Source of the DNA: Lama guanicoe
Taxonomy: Eukaryota
Direction of reading: 5' to 3'
Assembly: GCA_013239625.1 (NCBI GenBank)
Contig: MU053431.1
Coordinates: 1,886,485-1,950,484 of the forward strand
Length of the DNA stretch: 64,000 bases
Shown: positions 11,705-24,185 of the stretch, in pieces
Layout: the number at the start of each line of letters is the position of its first letter
How positions within the stretch are numbered: the stretch's first letter is position 1
Translations under genes and position numbers: made by a program
Notes under the pieces: generated by a model
Database searches by the model: none
Told to the model about the DNA's origin: nothing
Seen by the model: the letters and a program-made list of their open reading frames with translations, nothing else

Positions 11705-14700
11705 TTAGTTCTTTTTTAAAAAAGCATCTGAATGGCAAAGGTGTGAAATTCTGTAAGAAACCATTATACACAAAAGTACAGTCATTTCTGGGGCCCAGAG
11801 CGTTCTGTGCTGCGCGAGTTCCGAGCGCCCTCGGCGCCCGCGCTGAGCCCGGGCAGAGGTCTGCGCGGCGGGCTCGGCGGCCCGCGGGGCCTCGGCGCGG
11901 GGGNNNNNNNNNNNNNNNNNNNNNNNNNNNNNNNNNNNNNNNNNNNNNNNNNNNNNNNNNNNNNNNNNNNNNNNNNNNNNNNNNNNNNNNNNNNNNNNNN
12001 NNNNNNNNNNNNNNNNNNNNNNNNNNNNNNNNNNNNNNNNNNNNNNNNNNNNNNNNNNNNNNNNNNNNNNNNNNNNNNNNNNNNNNNNNNGTCCCACTCG
12101 CGGCCGGCGCCCCGGTCGCGGCCCCGGTCCCACTCGCGGCCGCGGTCCCAGTCCCGCTCGCGGCTCCAGGTCCGGCCGCGCTCCCGCTCCCAGGGCTTCC
12201 CGCGCTCGCGCTCCCGCCTGCGGTCCTCGAGGGCCCGGCCCGGCCGACTGTCGGGCAGCGGAGCCTCGGGCTCCTCCTGGGGCTTCTCCTTGGGCCCGGC
12301 CTCGAAGCGCTCCCTCGGCCGCCCTTCGAACGCCGGGCCCCGGTACTCGTGGCCCTTAGGCCCCGGCGGGCCGGCGGGCAGGGCGGGGGGCGGCCCGGCC
12401 TCGTCCCACCTGTCCTTCCGGTGCTGCGGCGGGTGGCTGGGCAGCTCCAGCAGCGGCCGGGGCCCGGGCTTCACGCCGGGGGCGGCCTGGCCCTGGAAGT
12501 GGAACCGCGGGGGCGCCGACTCACTCTTCTCAGGAAAAGGGGCGGACCCCCGTGGCCCCCCAAACTGGAGGGGTGCTGGTGCCCTCTGGTTGGCAAACCT
12601 GGGCGGTGAACTGACCCTCTGCTCCTCAAACTGCTGCGGCTGCATGCCTCTGGGTCCTGGCATGAAATTCGGTGCTTGGCCTCTGGGCCCTTCAAACTGA
12701 TTGGGATGGGGACCCCGCGCAGCTTCGAACTGGCTCGGATGTGGCCCCCTTGGGCCCACAAAGTGGCCGGGGGGTGGTCCTCTCTGGCCTCCGAACTGAG
12801 AGGGAGGAGGGCCGCCTCGGGGTCCTTTAAACTGAGACAGCAGAGGTCTTCTTTGGCCTCCAAACTGGAAAGGGGCCGCGCCCCTGTTCCCCACAAACTG
12901 GGCTTGCTCTGGCCCTTCGAACTGAGCAGGAGGGCCTGCGGCCTCGCTGTGTGGGGGGTCCTGGAGTTCCCTTTTCTCCCCGTGGGGGTCTTTGCGTTCT
13001 TCGAATGGAGGTGGCGCCGCCCCTCTGGGCCCACCAAGGTGAGAGGGGGAGGGGCCCCTGCTGTCCCCGTAGGGAGGTGGCCCGTGTGGCCCTGAGAACA
13101 AGGAAGGGATGGGCCCCTTCTGGGGCCCGAATCTGGCTGGCGGGGGCCCTCCTCTCGGCCCGTCGTTACCAGAAATGATAGCCTCTTCTGAAAACGGAGG
13201 GGCTGGCCCCCGTGGTCCCGGGAAGCCGGGGCCATGAAGGCCCGACAGCCCGAAGGCGCGCGGTGCGGGCTCCCGCTGGCCCTGGAACTGGGGCAGAGGC
13301 GGCCCTCCTTTTGGGGCAGGTGGGGGGAAGCCGCCGGCCCCCTCGCCAGGCCTGGGCTGTGGCTCTCTGTCTCCCTCAGAGTCAGCTGCCGGCGGGTCAC
13401 TTTTTTCAGCAAACTGAGCATTTCTTAGATCCTCATACGGGGAGGAGCCAAGAGGCCTTTCCTGAGAGAGTACTGAACTGGAGAAAGGATCCCTTCCCCC
13501 GAGGGGGTGGAAGTTCTGGCCCTCGCTCTGCGGGGGGAAGTGAGGCTGGAAGGAGGCGCCCGGGGGCGTGGGCAGCAGCACCTTGCGGGCTGGCCGGGCC
13601 ACGCTGTCACCCCCAGCCGTGGGCTGCATGCTCTCGGTGGGCTGCGGGCCCGGACTGTCTGAGTGCTCACATGTGGGGCCGTCCTGCTTGGCTGGCAGCG
13701 GGGCCTCTCCGCCTGGAGCCCACGGCAGAGGGGCCGACTCCGGTTGCTCCTGGGCTGGCTCGGCCCCTCCGGGTGTTTCTCTGGCTGGTGGGGTGGCGGT
13801 GGGCTTCGGGGCGGCCTCGCTCTCGCTGTTCTCTGCGGCCAGCCGTCGGGCCTGCCGGGGGTCCCGGCTCTGCCGCGCCTCGGTGCTCGGGCCGGGCCCC
13901 TGGCTGGTGGAGGGGGGTGCAGCTGGCCGGCCCGCAGTCTGCTGCTCCTGCTCAAACAGCTGGGCCCTGGGCAGCGAGGCCTTCGGGGGCGGCGACATGA
14001 GGGCGTCCGACACGGAGAAGTGGGCCATGGAGGCCCCGACGGCGGCCCTCTGCTGCCGGAGAGCGGCTTCCTGCTCCTCCACTTGCCTTTTCTGCTCCTC
14101 GATCTGCTTGTTGAGCTCCTCTATCATCTTCTGCTGCTCAACCAGGGAGGGCGCCGAGGTGCTCGCAGTGAAGCCCGCGGGCCTCTCCGCGCACCCGCCG
14201 TGTGCGTCCACACACATTCTGTTGGGCAGGTCGTCGATGGTCACTTTGGCTTCCTCTAAAATGGTCTCATCCTCTGGGTCGTAGGCCACCTCCTCCCGCT
14301 CCGCCGACTCCGAGGCCTTCTCCGCGCCCAGCTGAGTGTCGAAGGCCCTCTCGGGACCATACTCCTCCTCGGGGTCGTACGGTCTGTCATCCTCCTCTTC
14401 CTCCAGAGCTTTGTCTTTAGAGAACTGACCAAACTGCTGTACGATCGGATCTAGCAGAGGTGCTGCCGGCAGCCCGTCGGCCTTGGCCCTGGAGTCTTGG
14501 TGGGAGGCCGGGGCGGACTCGGCGGGCTCCTTGGTGGGCGGGTCAAACGACTTCTTCTTCCCAAAGAGAGTCTGCAGGATGTGTTCCAAAGGCGACGCCG
14601 TTTTTGAAGCAGAGGAAGCCACAGAGGCGGCGGCTGAGGTGACCGCCGCCGACACAGGTGGTGCTGTCAAGGAGCTGGTAGCTCCTGGTTTGAGGGATGA

Positions 14701-14993
14701 CAGTACTTTTAACACCGAAGATGAAGCTGGCGCCCCTGATGCTTCTGGAAGAGGGGGCGGGGGTGGGGGAGAACCCGGGGGTGTGGTGCTGCCAGCTGTG
14801 TCCCCAGAGCAGAGCTGGTACTTGGGGGGTTTCTTCTCAGGCAGCAGGGCCGTGGGCACCTTGGGGCAGACGGCAACGTCCGTTTCCTCTGGTGTCTGGA
14901 GCCTCTTGTCTGCTTCGCCAGCACTTGTGGGGCGTTTGATCTTCTGACAGATCACTAACCCAAGGATGATGTTCGGACGTGGTGTCTCAAGAC
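11705..14993 (-). CDS. DIDO1: DIDO1 exon 16 (DIDO3-specific): end of SPOC domain, coiled coil, Pro/Gly/Arg-rich repeats, RD/RE-rich tail. Interrupted by N-gap 11904-12090, so the stop is uncertain (11705 or 11782)
   Basis: Acceptor ttccag| at 14994-14996. GLETPRPNIILGLVICQKIKRP, SPLEHILQTLFGKKKSFDP, EQQKMIEELNKQIEEQKRQ and PRPLLELPSHPPQHRKDRW match DIDO3. Confidence 0.93.
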
Positions 14994-17900
14994 CTGGAAA
15001 ACAAAATGTTTGTGCAAATTTTAGTCTCAAGATTCAGCCTTTGTTCTTCAGAGGCCAACTTAATTAAGGGCAGCCTGGGGAATGTTTTCCTGGGGAGGAG
15101 GAAATTCTGTGGCAAAATAAGATCAAGTGTTTGAAGAGCTTATTGCAAAAGACTCAGACTGCACCACGCGCCTGCCCAGCCTGATGGGGTCGCAGACCAG
15201 GAAACCCAGGGCCCAGTGCGGGCGTCACCTCGCCCTGGCGGTTACAGTGGTTACAGAGTTTAAGTCACACACGACGCTGACACAGACGTGCGGCGGCGGA
15301 GGTAGGGACGGCCACTAGGCAAGTGCTCCAGAGGGAGGTCTGGACTTACAAGATCCAAGTGCGTTCTTTCATTTGCCTCTTGCTACAAACCAGGAAGGTA
15401 ATACCCTCTTCTGATTTTACCTTATGAGTTGCGATACATAAGTTTAGCTATTTATACTCATATAAGTCGTTTGGGACCAATCCCACAACTCAACTGTAAT
15501 AATCAGTAAAATTACAATGATCAATAGAGCACACACACCACCAGGTACGTTCCTTAGTCACTGCTGTCAAAATTACAATTAATGGGAAAAATGAGGCTAA
15601 AATAAGTGTTCTTTTCGGTTTAGAAAGAAATTCAGTGATCATTTCCTTATCAAGAGCTATGTAATGCTCAGGTCTTTGCAAACAGAAGACATGGTCCTTA
15701 AAGAAAGCGCTAAGATGTTCAGAAGAGTGGCAGCAGAGAGCAGGCCACGTGGAGAACACGCTGGGAATTTCAGAGCATCGCACAGGCCTTAAAAATAATT
15801 CCTTATAAAAGCCTTAGTCAAAATATTCTGAATTATGGTATATCATACCAGGAATGCCACTACCCCACCCCGACACTCAACACAAATCCAGAATACCAAA
15901 AGGGAAACAGGAAAACCCAAGTCACAAAACTGTAATTTAGGGAGAAATGATAAACACAGGACAGAAATTTTGTTTCAATAGCAGAAGATATTTAAAATTA
16001 ATCAAATTGCATAAACTCAATTTACAGGTTATTTAACACTACTGTGCATAAAGACAGCCACGTGTTCTCACTAAGAGAGAAAAGCAGCGCTGTTTTCCGT
16101 ATTCTTTCTCTGATTTTAAGCTGATCACAAATCACTTCGAATAGCTGTTTCTGGACACTGTTACGTAGTTCTGAAACGCGCCACCCTTCCTAAATTCCAG
16201 CAGAGAGGGGATGCCAAGCTGTGTGTGAGCGTGGTGGGTGTCCCATCCCACCGGAGGCCCAGGCACGGCAGGGTGGGCTGGCCTGGCCCAGCGCCTGCAC
16301 AGATCGACAGTGTCCCGCTACCCTCCCAACAGTGTCCGAAGGGCCCCCGTCTCACGGAAGGCGTCACAGCCCTGACGTTCGAGGGGCGAGATGACCACTG
16401 AGGCCGTCCTCTCCCTGCCCTCATGGTGCAGGTGCCCCAGGGAAGGAAGTGCTGGGCAGAGGAGGGAACAGAGACCGGAGGCCGGGCAGACTGGACTGAG
16501 CAGCACATCCAAATGTTTCTGCTCAGCAGGCGTGAAAGGTAGCCTATCAAGTTCACTTTCTAATCAACACAAATTAGGATTGTTCCAACTTAAAATAGTA
16601 TGCCTCTCTACAGCAGCTACCTGCTGAGCAGCTTACAGCTTATTCAGACCTATGTGGGTGCAGTCAATTGTTAAATTGGCTCTTGTGACCCTTCTGGACC
16701 AAGTGTCCCAGAGCTCGCAGAACAGGTTTGCGAGCCGAGACACAAGGCTCTCCCTGAGGAAGTGGGCGTCCAGGAAGAGTGAAGGAATGTGCGGTCAGGG
16801 AGGGGGTGGGGGTGGGGAGGGCTGGGAGCCTTGGTGAAGGGGCCCTCGAGCAGCCCAGTGCCCACTTGTCCTCGACGCAGACGGGCCAGGCCATCTCCTA
16901 AGAGCTAACCTTCTAAAGTGCCACCACTAGGGCTGGTGGCATGGCCCGAGCTTCACCGAATCACGGTCGAGCACACTGTATGTGACGGGTAAGTCGCTGG
17001 GTTAAATCCGGGGACACGTGGTCTCTGGTCCTCGTGGGGTGTGCCCCTCCAGCCACAACCCCCAACAGCTCAGCATGCTTCCTGACAGCAACAACACAGC
17101 CCAGGCTCGGCAGGCTTCCTCGACTCTGCCCTCTGTCCTGCTCATTGCAGGTAAGGCTCCAAGTTGCTTAATATGCACGTCTGTCCTGAGAACAGCCCTC
17201 TCGGGTGACGGCCACCTAATCACGCAGCTAGTTTTCTTAAACGCCCTCAGCTCTCCGCTGCCTTACCTGCACACTAGTCTCGAACTTCCAACTCCTCTTC
17301 CCCAAGACTGTCCATGTAAATCGGGCTGTTTCAAAATGCATGCCCATTTTGAAGCAGTTAAATCTCATCGGTTCACAATTCATGCTACGGTTGCATGAGT
17401 ATCTGAAACTAACCAGCACCCTGGAAATAACCTGCACTCGTGGAAGAAACATTGCCACTCACTGAGCTACCCTGGTGGGGCCCTAGGCTCCACAAGGCCA
17501 CAGGCAGATGTCTGGCAAGGCCACCCTGGGGCGGTGGCAGGGGGCCAGCCTGGGGCCTCTGCGGGCTCCCACTGTTGAGCAGGGCCCCAGAGAGGGACAC
17601 AGAAGCCGTGAGCACGCTAGCTGCGTGTGGAGACGCAGGGCTCCGGCCAAGGGCGTGGGGACGGCTCCGGACTTGCTAAGTACCCCCTTCTCCAGCTGCT
17701 AGAAGCGGGGCGCTCACTTACCCACCTCCCTGTGGGGGTTGCGGTGAGGCTTACAATTCACAAAGTCGACGAAAACTATGTGGGCTGGGTGTTGAAATGC
17801 CAGCGGCAGCTCAACGTGCCAGCCTCCATTTCCAGACAAGGGGTGTCGACAAGACAGCACAAGGTAGCTGGGGCCCCTGCCGGCCCCACCATGTGTGAGC

Positions 17901-18677
17901 GCAGACGTGTCCAATGTCCCGCATGGGTGAAATGAGCCTTTTCAGCTGCATGCAGGCCCCAGTGGTTACCACCAGACCCTACAGAGGAAGAAAGGGATGA
18001 ACCCCAGGACCAGGGCATCTGGGAAAGTGTGCTGATTTCCGGGGCCAAGACTGCAACCAAGATCTGTGTCCAGGCGTCAGCACAGGGCTGGAGAAATGGC
18101 CGAGCAGCAGCGCCCAGGGGCTCCCCGTGCACCTCCAAAGTGACGCAGTGCGGGGGAAGATTTAGTTTTCATTAATTTAAATAAACCAGCTGAAACCCAA
18201 AACTATCCAAATGATGCTTCTACCCCTAAATCTACCTGCACGCTCCACTATTTGTTATTTAAAATGAGAACCTTCTTATGGTCTGAATCCGACAAACTTC
18301 CGCACCTGCGGGAACAGAACTGTGTTGGAGTTAGCAGCGACAGCCCTCAAGTATGATCTGGGGAGAGAGACTTGGGGGAGACAGGGAAGCACCTCCCACC
18401 CCCGCACGCACACCCGCACACGCAGACCTTGCCCCTCCTGCCCTGAGACCTGCATACGGCACGGGGTCCACGCCTCTCAGGGGAAGGACAGCGGCGTCCA
18501 CCTCCATCCAGGAGCCAGGGCAGTGCCCACTGGCCTTCACAGCCAGAAGCACGAGGCGTCGGCTTATGAAAAGCAAAGTGGGAGACGGTCCTCCATCACA
18601 GTGGACCTGGGACAGGGACCAAAACCTACCAAATGGTTCAGATTCAAACAAACAATGACCAGTTTCCATGAAATAAT

Positions 18678-18683
18678 TTTATT
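18678..18683 (-). terminator. DIDO1: Likely intronic poly(A) signal ending the DIDO2 isoform
   Basis: AATAAA on the minus strand in an AT-rich island, followed by ttgtttgtttg; ~3.3 kb after the DIDO2 stop. A weaker candidate lies at 20363-20368. Confidence 0.6.
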
Positions 18684-21600
18684 GATTTCAAAGGAGAAAG
18701 ACAAGCACATTCGATACCATTTTGACTTTGAAGACAACACCTACACACAGGTCCACACGCACACGGGGACCGAAGACATGCTTACCTGACATTTCAAGTC
18801 ACAGCAATTTCCAGCTAATCTGGAAAGCAGGTAACAGTGAGTGCAGAAAGAATACGCCACGGATTTAAGCTCTTCTAAGATGGCCCCTGCACAGCAGCGC
18901 CTCAGAAGGCAGTGACCCTGCCCCCTGCGCAGCGCGGCCTACGCCTTGGACTTTGAGGGCATTCAGCAGGCTTCCCAGTCGGAGAAGCAGAGCCCCGCTG
19001 ATTCACTAGGGAAGGGTGGGGTGCTCAGGGCCAGCGTCCAGCCTGACGGGTCTTCCTTCCACGAGTAAGGCCCTAGGACATCGGACCAGCTGAGACCCCA
19101 AGTCCCCAGGAGTGCAGCTGTCAGCCCCCACGGCCCTGCGCTGAGCTCATGTCCAAAGTGGAAAAGATGGTCAGCTGGGTCAGGGGACCCAGGCTTTCTC
19201 CTGGCCTCTGAAATAACACTGCCAGGCCTGTGACAGGACAGTGCCCTAGCCTCTCTGGGGACAAGTCATAAAGACACACAAGGACAGAAGGTCCCCCGAG
19301 CCTGAGCGGCTCTGGATGCGCGCTGAGGGCAGAAGGGGACTGGGCTGGGGCTGGGGCTCCGCCTGGACACGGCTCCCTGCGCTGACCCATGACAGCGCTG
19401 TGGAGACACTGACCAAGGGCAGCCCACGGGGGCTCCCTGGCTCAGGGCACGGTTTAAACACCTGTGTCTTCACCTGCTTCTCAAGTGTGACTCATTCTGT
19501 CCAATGTTCAGGAGGTGAGGGACACCTGTGAGATCTCACAGGTATAAAACGGCTTCCAGGCCTGGGGTGTGCTGGTCTCTCGCCTCTACGATCCGCTCTC
19601 TACTCCAGCGTGAGCATCTTCTCCTCCACACACTCCCACAGTGGCCGACCCGTCAGCCCCTCCAGTGGACTGGCAGCCCCTTGAAGCCAGAGCTCCATGC
19701 CCACTCAGGCCTGAGCCTTGTGCGCTGCGCAGAGAACTGAGGGGAACAGAGGGTGTGGACCCTGGCAACACTTACTGGGCACGTGACCTCGGGCGAGAGG
19801 CTGCCTTGGGCAGGGCAGGCTGCTCCCTCCTGCAGGGCTGCCGTGGGGGCAGGGCACTCCTGCCGGGCTGTGGGGCCAGTGCTTGCCGGGCAGCACGTGC
19901 TCAAACCCACTGGCCACCTGGCCGAGGGATCCACCACCCTCAGGCTGGGCCAGTGCCTTCAAGGGTGCTGTGTGGAGATGGGAGAGACACTCCCTGGCTC
20001 ACCTTCCCCACACACGCACACCACGAATCCAGGACACACGCCCAGCCTTGCACACGCTCATGCACGCACACGACACACCCCCCACCCGGCCCAGACACCC
20101 CAACGCTTGTACCCAGGGGGCACCAAGTCATGCTGTGAGTATGTGAAGTGGTTCAGGTAGGTACCCTGGGTGGGGTCAAGGCTGGCGTACAAGTGTGCAG
20201 AGAATACAGGTGTCAGCGTCAAACCCTGACAGCGAGAGGAGCAGACACACACCCACCAGGTCACGCAAGCGCAGACCTGGAAACCCCTAAGTTGGAAAAC
20301 GTCTTTTAAAAGCTTATGGGGAAATTTCTGTATAATTGTGTATCTAAAACCCTTCTTCCTACTTTATTTTAATGAAACCCATCTGTTCCTGATGGTGGAT
20401 GAAAATCCGCAGGCTTTTGGAAGCGTCAGGCTCAGGAATGTGGGGGACAAGAGTGATGTCCACTCCACTGGTCACTGAGTGTGTCCAGGTGGTCAGCGCC
20501 CATCACGCCTGGCGGATGAGGCGAGTGTCCCTGCCCAGCCCTCTGTGTCACCCAGGGAGTGCCCCATGCAGCCCCTCCCCCACCAGCCGGGCCATCGCCC
20601 AGCAGTGCACCCACAACACGCCAGCTCCTGCTACAGCTCCAGTGGGGGGATCTCCCTGGGTGGCCCCCGGTCCCTCCTGTCCCCGCCTCATCAGGCCTGA
20701 CCTTGTCCGCCCCTCTCCCCGCAGGGCCTGGCGGGCCCCTGCTCACCTGGCAGGCTGCACCAGGACGGAGTCTGCAGGTGCAGTGATGAGGGCACAGATA
20801 AGCTCAAGGTGCTCTCATCACCTCCCAGTTCCAGTCTCTGGACGTCACAGTGTGTGCGTCCCAGGGGACCTACGCTCACCCTGGGTCCCCACACCGGCCG
20901 CTGCCCTCGTGACTGACCAGACGCTCTTCGCGGTGTCGGGAGGCGGCTCCGTCCTCACCGCTGGTGCCGTCAGGAGCAGGTGTCCAGGGGGCTGCCCGCC
21001 CAGAGCCTCTGCTGAGGCCCCTCTGCCACCCATTGGGTGGCACCTCCTGGCTGGGGTGTGGGGCACAGCAGTGCGCTTGGCTCCCAGGGCACTGGCATTA
21101 AAGTAACTGTGTGTGTTGCATGGTGAACACTGGACGTCGTGGGCATGAAGAGCGCAGCCCCACACGTGTTAAGAATGTGCCATGGTCAGGACCCGGGGAG
21201 GCACCTAGCTGGTCCAGGTGCTGTGTGACTGAGCGCGTGCCGAGGACACGGAGCCGCTGGCAGCGTGGGCAATGCTCTGGGCGGCAGCCCCTCTGCTAGA
21301 AGAACAGAACGCCTCCGAGAGCATTGCCCGCGAGTCAGGCGTGCCTTCAGGGGTCGTCAGTCCTTGGGGCCGTGGAGACGCTTCCGCCTGGGCAGCTTTC
21401 CATGCAACTTAAGTCGCATCAGCCTCTCCTGAGGGGCTGAGAGGAACTGGGCCCCCGGAGACCGCGTTCCCCCGGAGTCTCCCCCAGCCCCGGACAAGCC
21501 TGCGTGTGCTTTCAGGCTGACCCCTGAGTAAACCTTCGGAGTCAGTGCTTTCTAAGGAATGCGCAACTAGAAAGAGGCCTGCCAGAGAGAAGCTCTCGAG

Positions 21601-22019
21601 GGCAGGTGCAAGCGTGACTGTTGCTAGAACTCCTTTCTATTTCACTGCTGTTTCTTGCATCTCCTTGAAATGAACCCCCATGAACAGGAGGAGGGAAGGC
21701 GGGGACCCGCCAGGCCTCACCTGTCCCTGCTCTGCTGTGTGTGAACTGAGGCTCCGACAGGCAGCTGGCCTGGATGCTGCAAGTCCTTCTGCTGCAGGGC
21801 ACTTCTCTAAGACAGTCTATGCTGATAATGCGGGTGCTCTGGTGCCAGCCTCAAACACCCCTGAAGCTGAGTTCTGTGGCTAATGCTGCTGCCCCCGAAC
21901 CCCAGTTCCTGCCCCGAGTGCCGCGGCTGGGCCAGGCAGCAGGTCTGCCCAGTGGCACGGTCTGAGGACCCGGTGTCACGGTGGGGGGGGACGTGAGGGA
22001 CCAGAAAGTCAGTGCTTAC

Positions 22020-22215
22020 CTGGCCCCTCAAAAGGCAAGAGCTTGGACGGGATGGGGTCCCTGGCGCTCAGCGGGATCAGGTAGAGGTCCTTGACGTGCC
22101 TGCTGTTGTTGGCGACCACACCGAAGCGGCCGCGGCTGCTGAAATAGGAGTACAGAGAGATGTAGGCCACCTCCTCCTCCTCCGTCGCGGGGTGAAAGCG
22201 GATCAGACACAGCTC
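22020..22215 (-). CDS. DIDO1: DIDO1 exon 15 (SPOC domain); read-through to the TGA at 22009-22011 gives the DIDO2 C-terminus GKH*
   Basis: ELCLIRFHPATEEEEVAYISLYSYFSSRGRFGVVANNSRHVKDLYLIPL...FEGP; cag| acceptor, G|gtaagc donor; 196 nt. Confidence 0.96.
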
Positions 22216-23029
22216 CTGCGGCAGACAGGACAGAGGGGCGCTGACTCGCGGCCGCTCTGCAGGCCCGGCTGGCACTCTGCGCTGAGCCCCAAAAGCAGCC
22301 CGAGGCGAGCGCGCCAGCGGGGCCTCTGGCTCTGGCTTTCACAGTCCTGCTGTTCAGTGCGTCCGAGTGACGGAGCGGTAAAGAGGACGCAGGCCCCAGT
22401 CTCTGGCCTGCGGGGTCCGGTCTTGGCCTTGGCAGGAACCCCTTTAAAATCACTTCTACTTATGGCCCCAGTGTCTTCAAAACCGAGCCTGCCTCGCAGA
22501 GTTCTCGCACGACCAGATGATCTATAAGGGTGTCTGACACAGAGCGAGTATGCGCCAGAGGCGTGGTGACCGACCCATGAGAGCCGTCTGCGACTCTAAA
22601 TGGGAGGGCTGACCTCGAGGGGGAGGGTCGTCGCCCTCCTGTGACCCCCGCAAAAACCGCAGCCCCACCCCCAAAGAGCACCGCACACATAGGCACAGCT
22701 GCGTGGAAGCCAGCAGGGTCACAGGAGCCCGAAGCCATCGGGAGCCCAGTCCCACGCCCCAGCCAGGCTGTCTCCTACCCCACCTCCACTTCAGCAGCCA
22801 GATACCACCAAGCGACAGTACTTCTACTCGCAATGAACTGCACGGACATCACCAAACACATTCTCACACGGCTAGCCAGCGCTACATTCAATTTTAAACA
22901 TTCGCCAGGAAATACTTCAAAAGCTATAGACCTTTCAAGTATTGACCCATTGAGATGAGAAGGGAGAGAAAGAGCTGTGTGAACAAACCCCTCTTCCGTG
23001 GGTGCAGAGGTTAGACTGTGAACAGGTAC

Positions 23030-23119
23030 CTTAGACACAGAAGACTTGAGTTTGCCGACATAATCCCAAACCGTCCTCGGGGCGATCCTCCCACCGATGT
23101 GAATTGTGTCGGGCAGGTC
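23030..23119 (-). CDS. DIDO1: DIDO1 exon 14 (SPOC domain)
   Basis: DLPDTIHIGGRIAPRTVWDYVGKLKSSVSK; tttag| acceptor, AAG|gtacct donor; 90 nt. Confidence 0.95.
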
Positions 23120-23715
23120 CTAAACAAAACGCACTTTTGAGTAAATGACCAATAAAACCGTGGCGTTCACAGAGAGACTGACGCGGTCATTTCCAGGCAC
23201 CAAGCTCCCCATGACTCACAAGCACTCACTCAGGAAACTACAGCTACTCCAACAAGAACAGCAGCGGCCACACTAACGCCACCGAGCTGGCGAGCACCAG
23301 GGCACAAGCGACCGGCCACAAGGCTGCTGCGACGCGCACCACCTGCTAGGCAGGACTGACGGCAGCCTTCTAGACCACGCACGCCAGGCAGGAGGACCTG
23401 CATGGTCACAGCTACGACCGGGCCCTCGACACCCAGGGTGCGCACGAGCCCCTGGGCAACAGAGGTAGGAGGAAGCCGAGCTTCAGCTTTTCTGGAAAGT
23501 CGAAAGGTCTGATTTCTCATCTGAATTTCTGCCACCGTCCTAACTGCTGGGCCTGCCGACTCGGTCCCACAGTCTCAACTCTGGCCTCTAGGGGCGCTCG
23601 TGCGTCCGCTCAGCGGGACGCTGGCACAAGGCCGACTCCAGCACCCAGATCAGAGTGTCTTGAGAGACAGGTGCGCGCACACACATGCACACACGCACAC
23701 ACACTCGGTTCTAAC

Positions 23716-23869
23716 CTCACTGAGATAATCAAAACATCCAGAGACAGGATACGCCTTTGTGACAAATTTTGCTACACTCTGCATGTTAATAAATCCTTTC
23801 CAAATGGTGCTGAGTCGAGACAAGAAGAGGCTTGTATCTCCTTCTGGAGGGGACCGTGACTCTGAGGTG
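23716..23869 (-). CDS. DIDO1: DIDO1 exon 13 (start of SPOC domain)
   Basis: TSESRSPPEGDTSLFLSRLSTIWKGFINMQSVAKFVTKAYPVSGCFDYLSE; canonical AG/GT; 154 nt. Confidence 0.95.
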
Positions 23870-24185
23870 CTGTAAAACAAAGCCACAGCAAATGAGCGAG
23901 TCTTTCTCTCTGCACAAAGGGCTTCCAAGGTACAAAGACTACACAGTTATAAAGCAAAGTGAATTCCTGCACGGTTTGATAGTTTACTTTATCAAATTAA
24001 CTACTTTGATCGTGATGACTGAGATAACTAGGTATCCTAAAACTGAAGCTTTAAAAAAAGCCTGTATAAAACAGGAACACTGTATCTCTGGGGAGATCTC
24101 AGAGCTGAATCGCTCGTCAGTGTGTCTTCTGTTCACCAGATATGGGACGCTGCCCAGCTCGCCAGGCCACGCCCAGAGGCCGCAC

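Noticed and set aside
12471-13955. Long +1-frame ORFs (316 aa and 176 aa) overlapping DIDO3 exon 16
   Set aside because: Stops in the +1 frame need NTA/NTG codons (Leu/Ile/Val/Met), which are scarce in this Pro/Gly/Arg-rich region, so open frames are expected. The position deep in the mRNA also argues against initiation.
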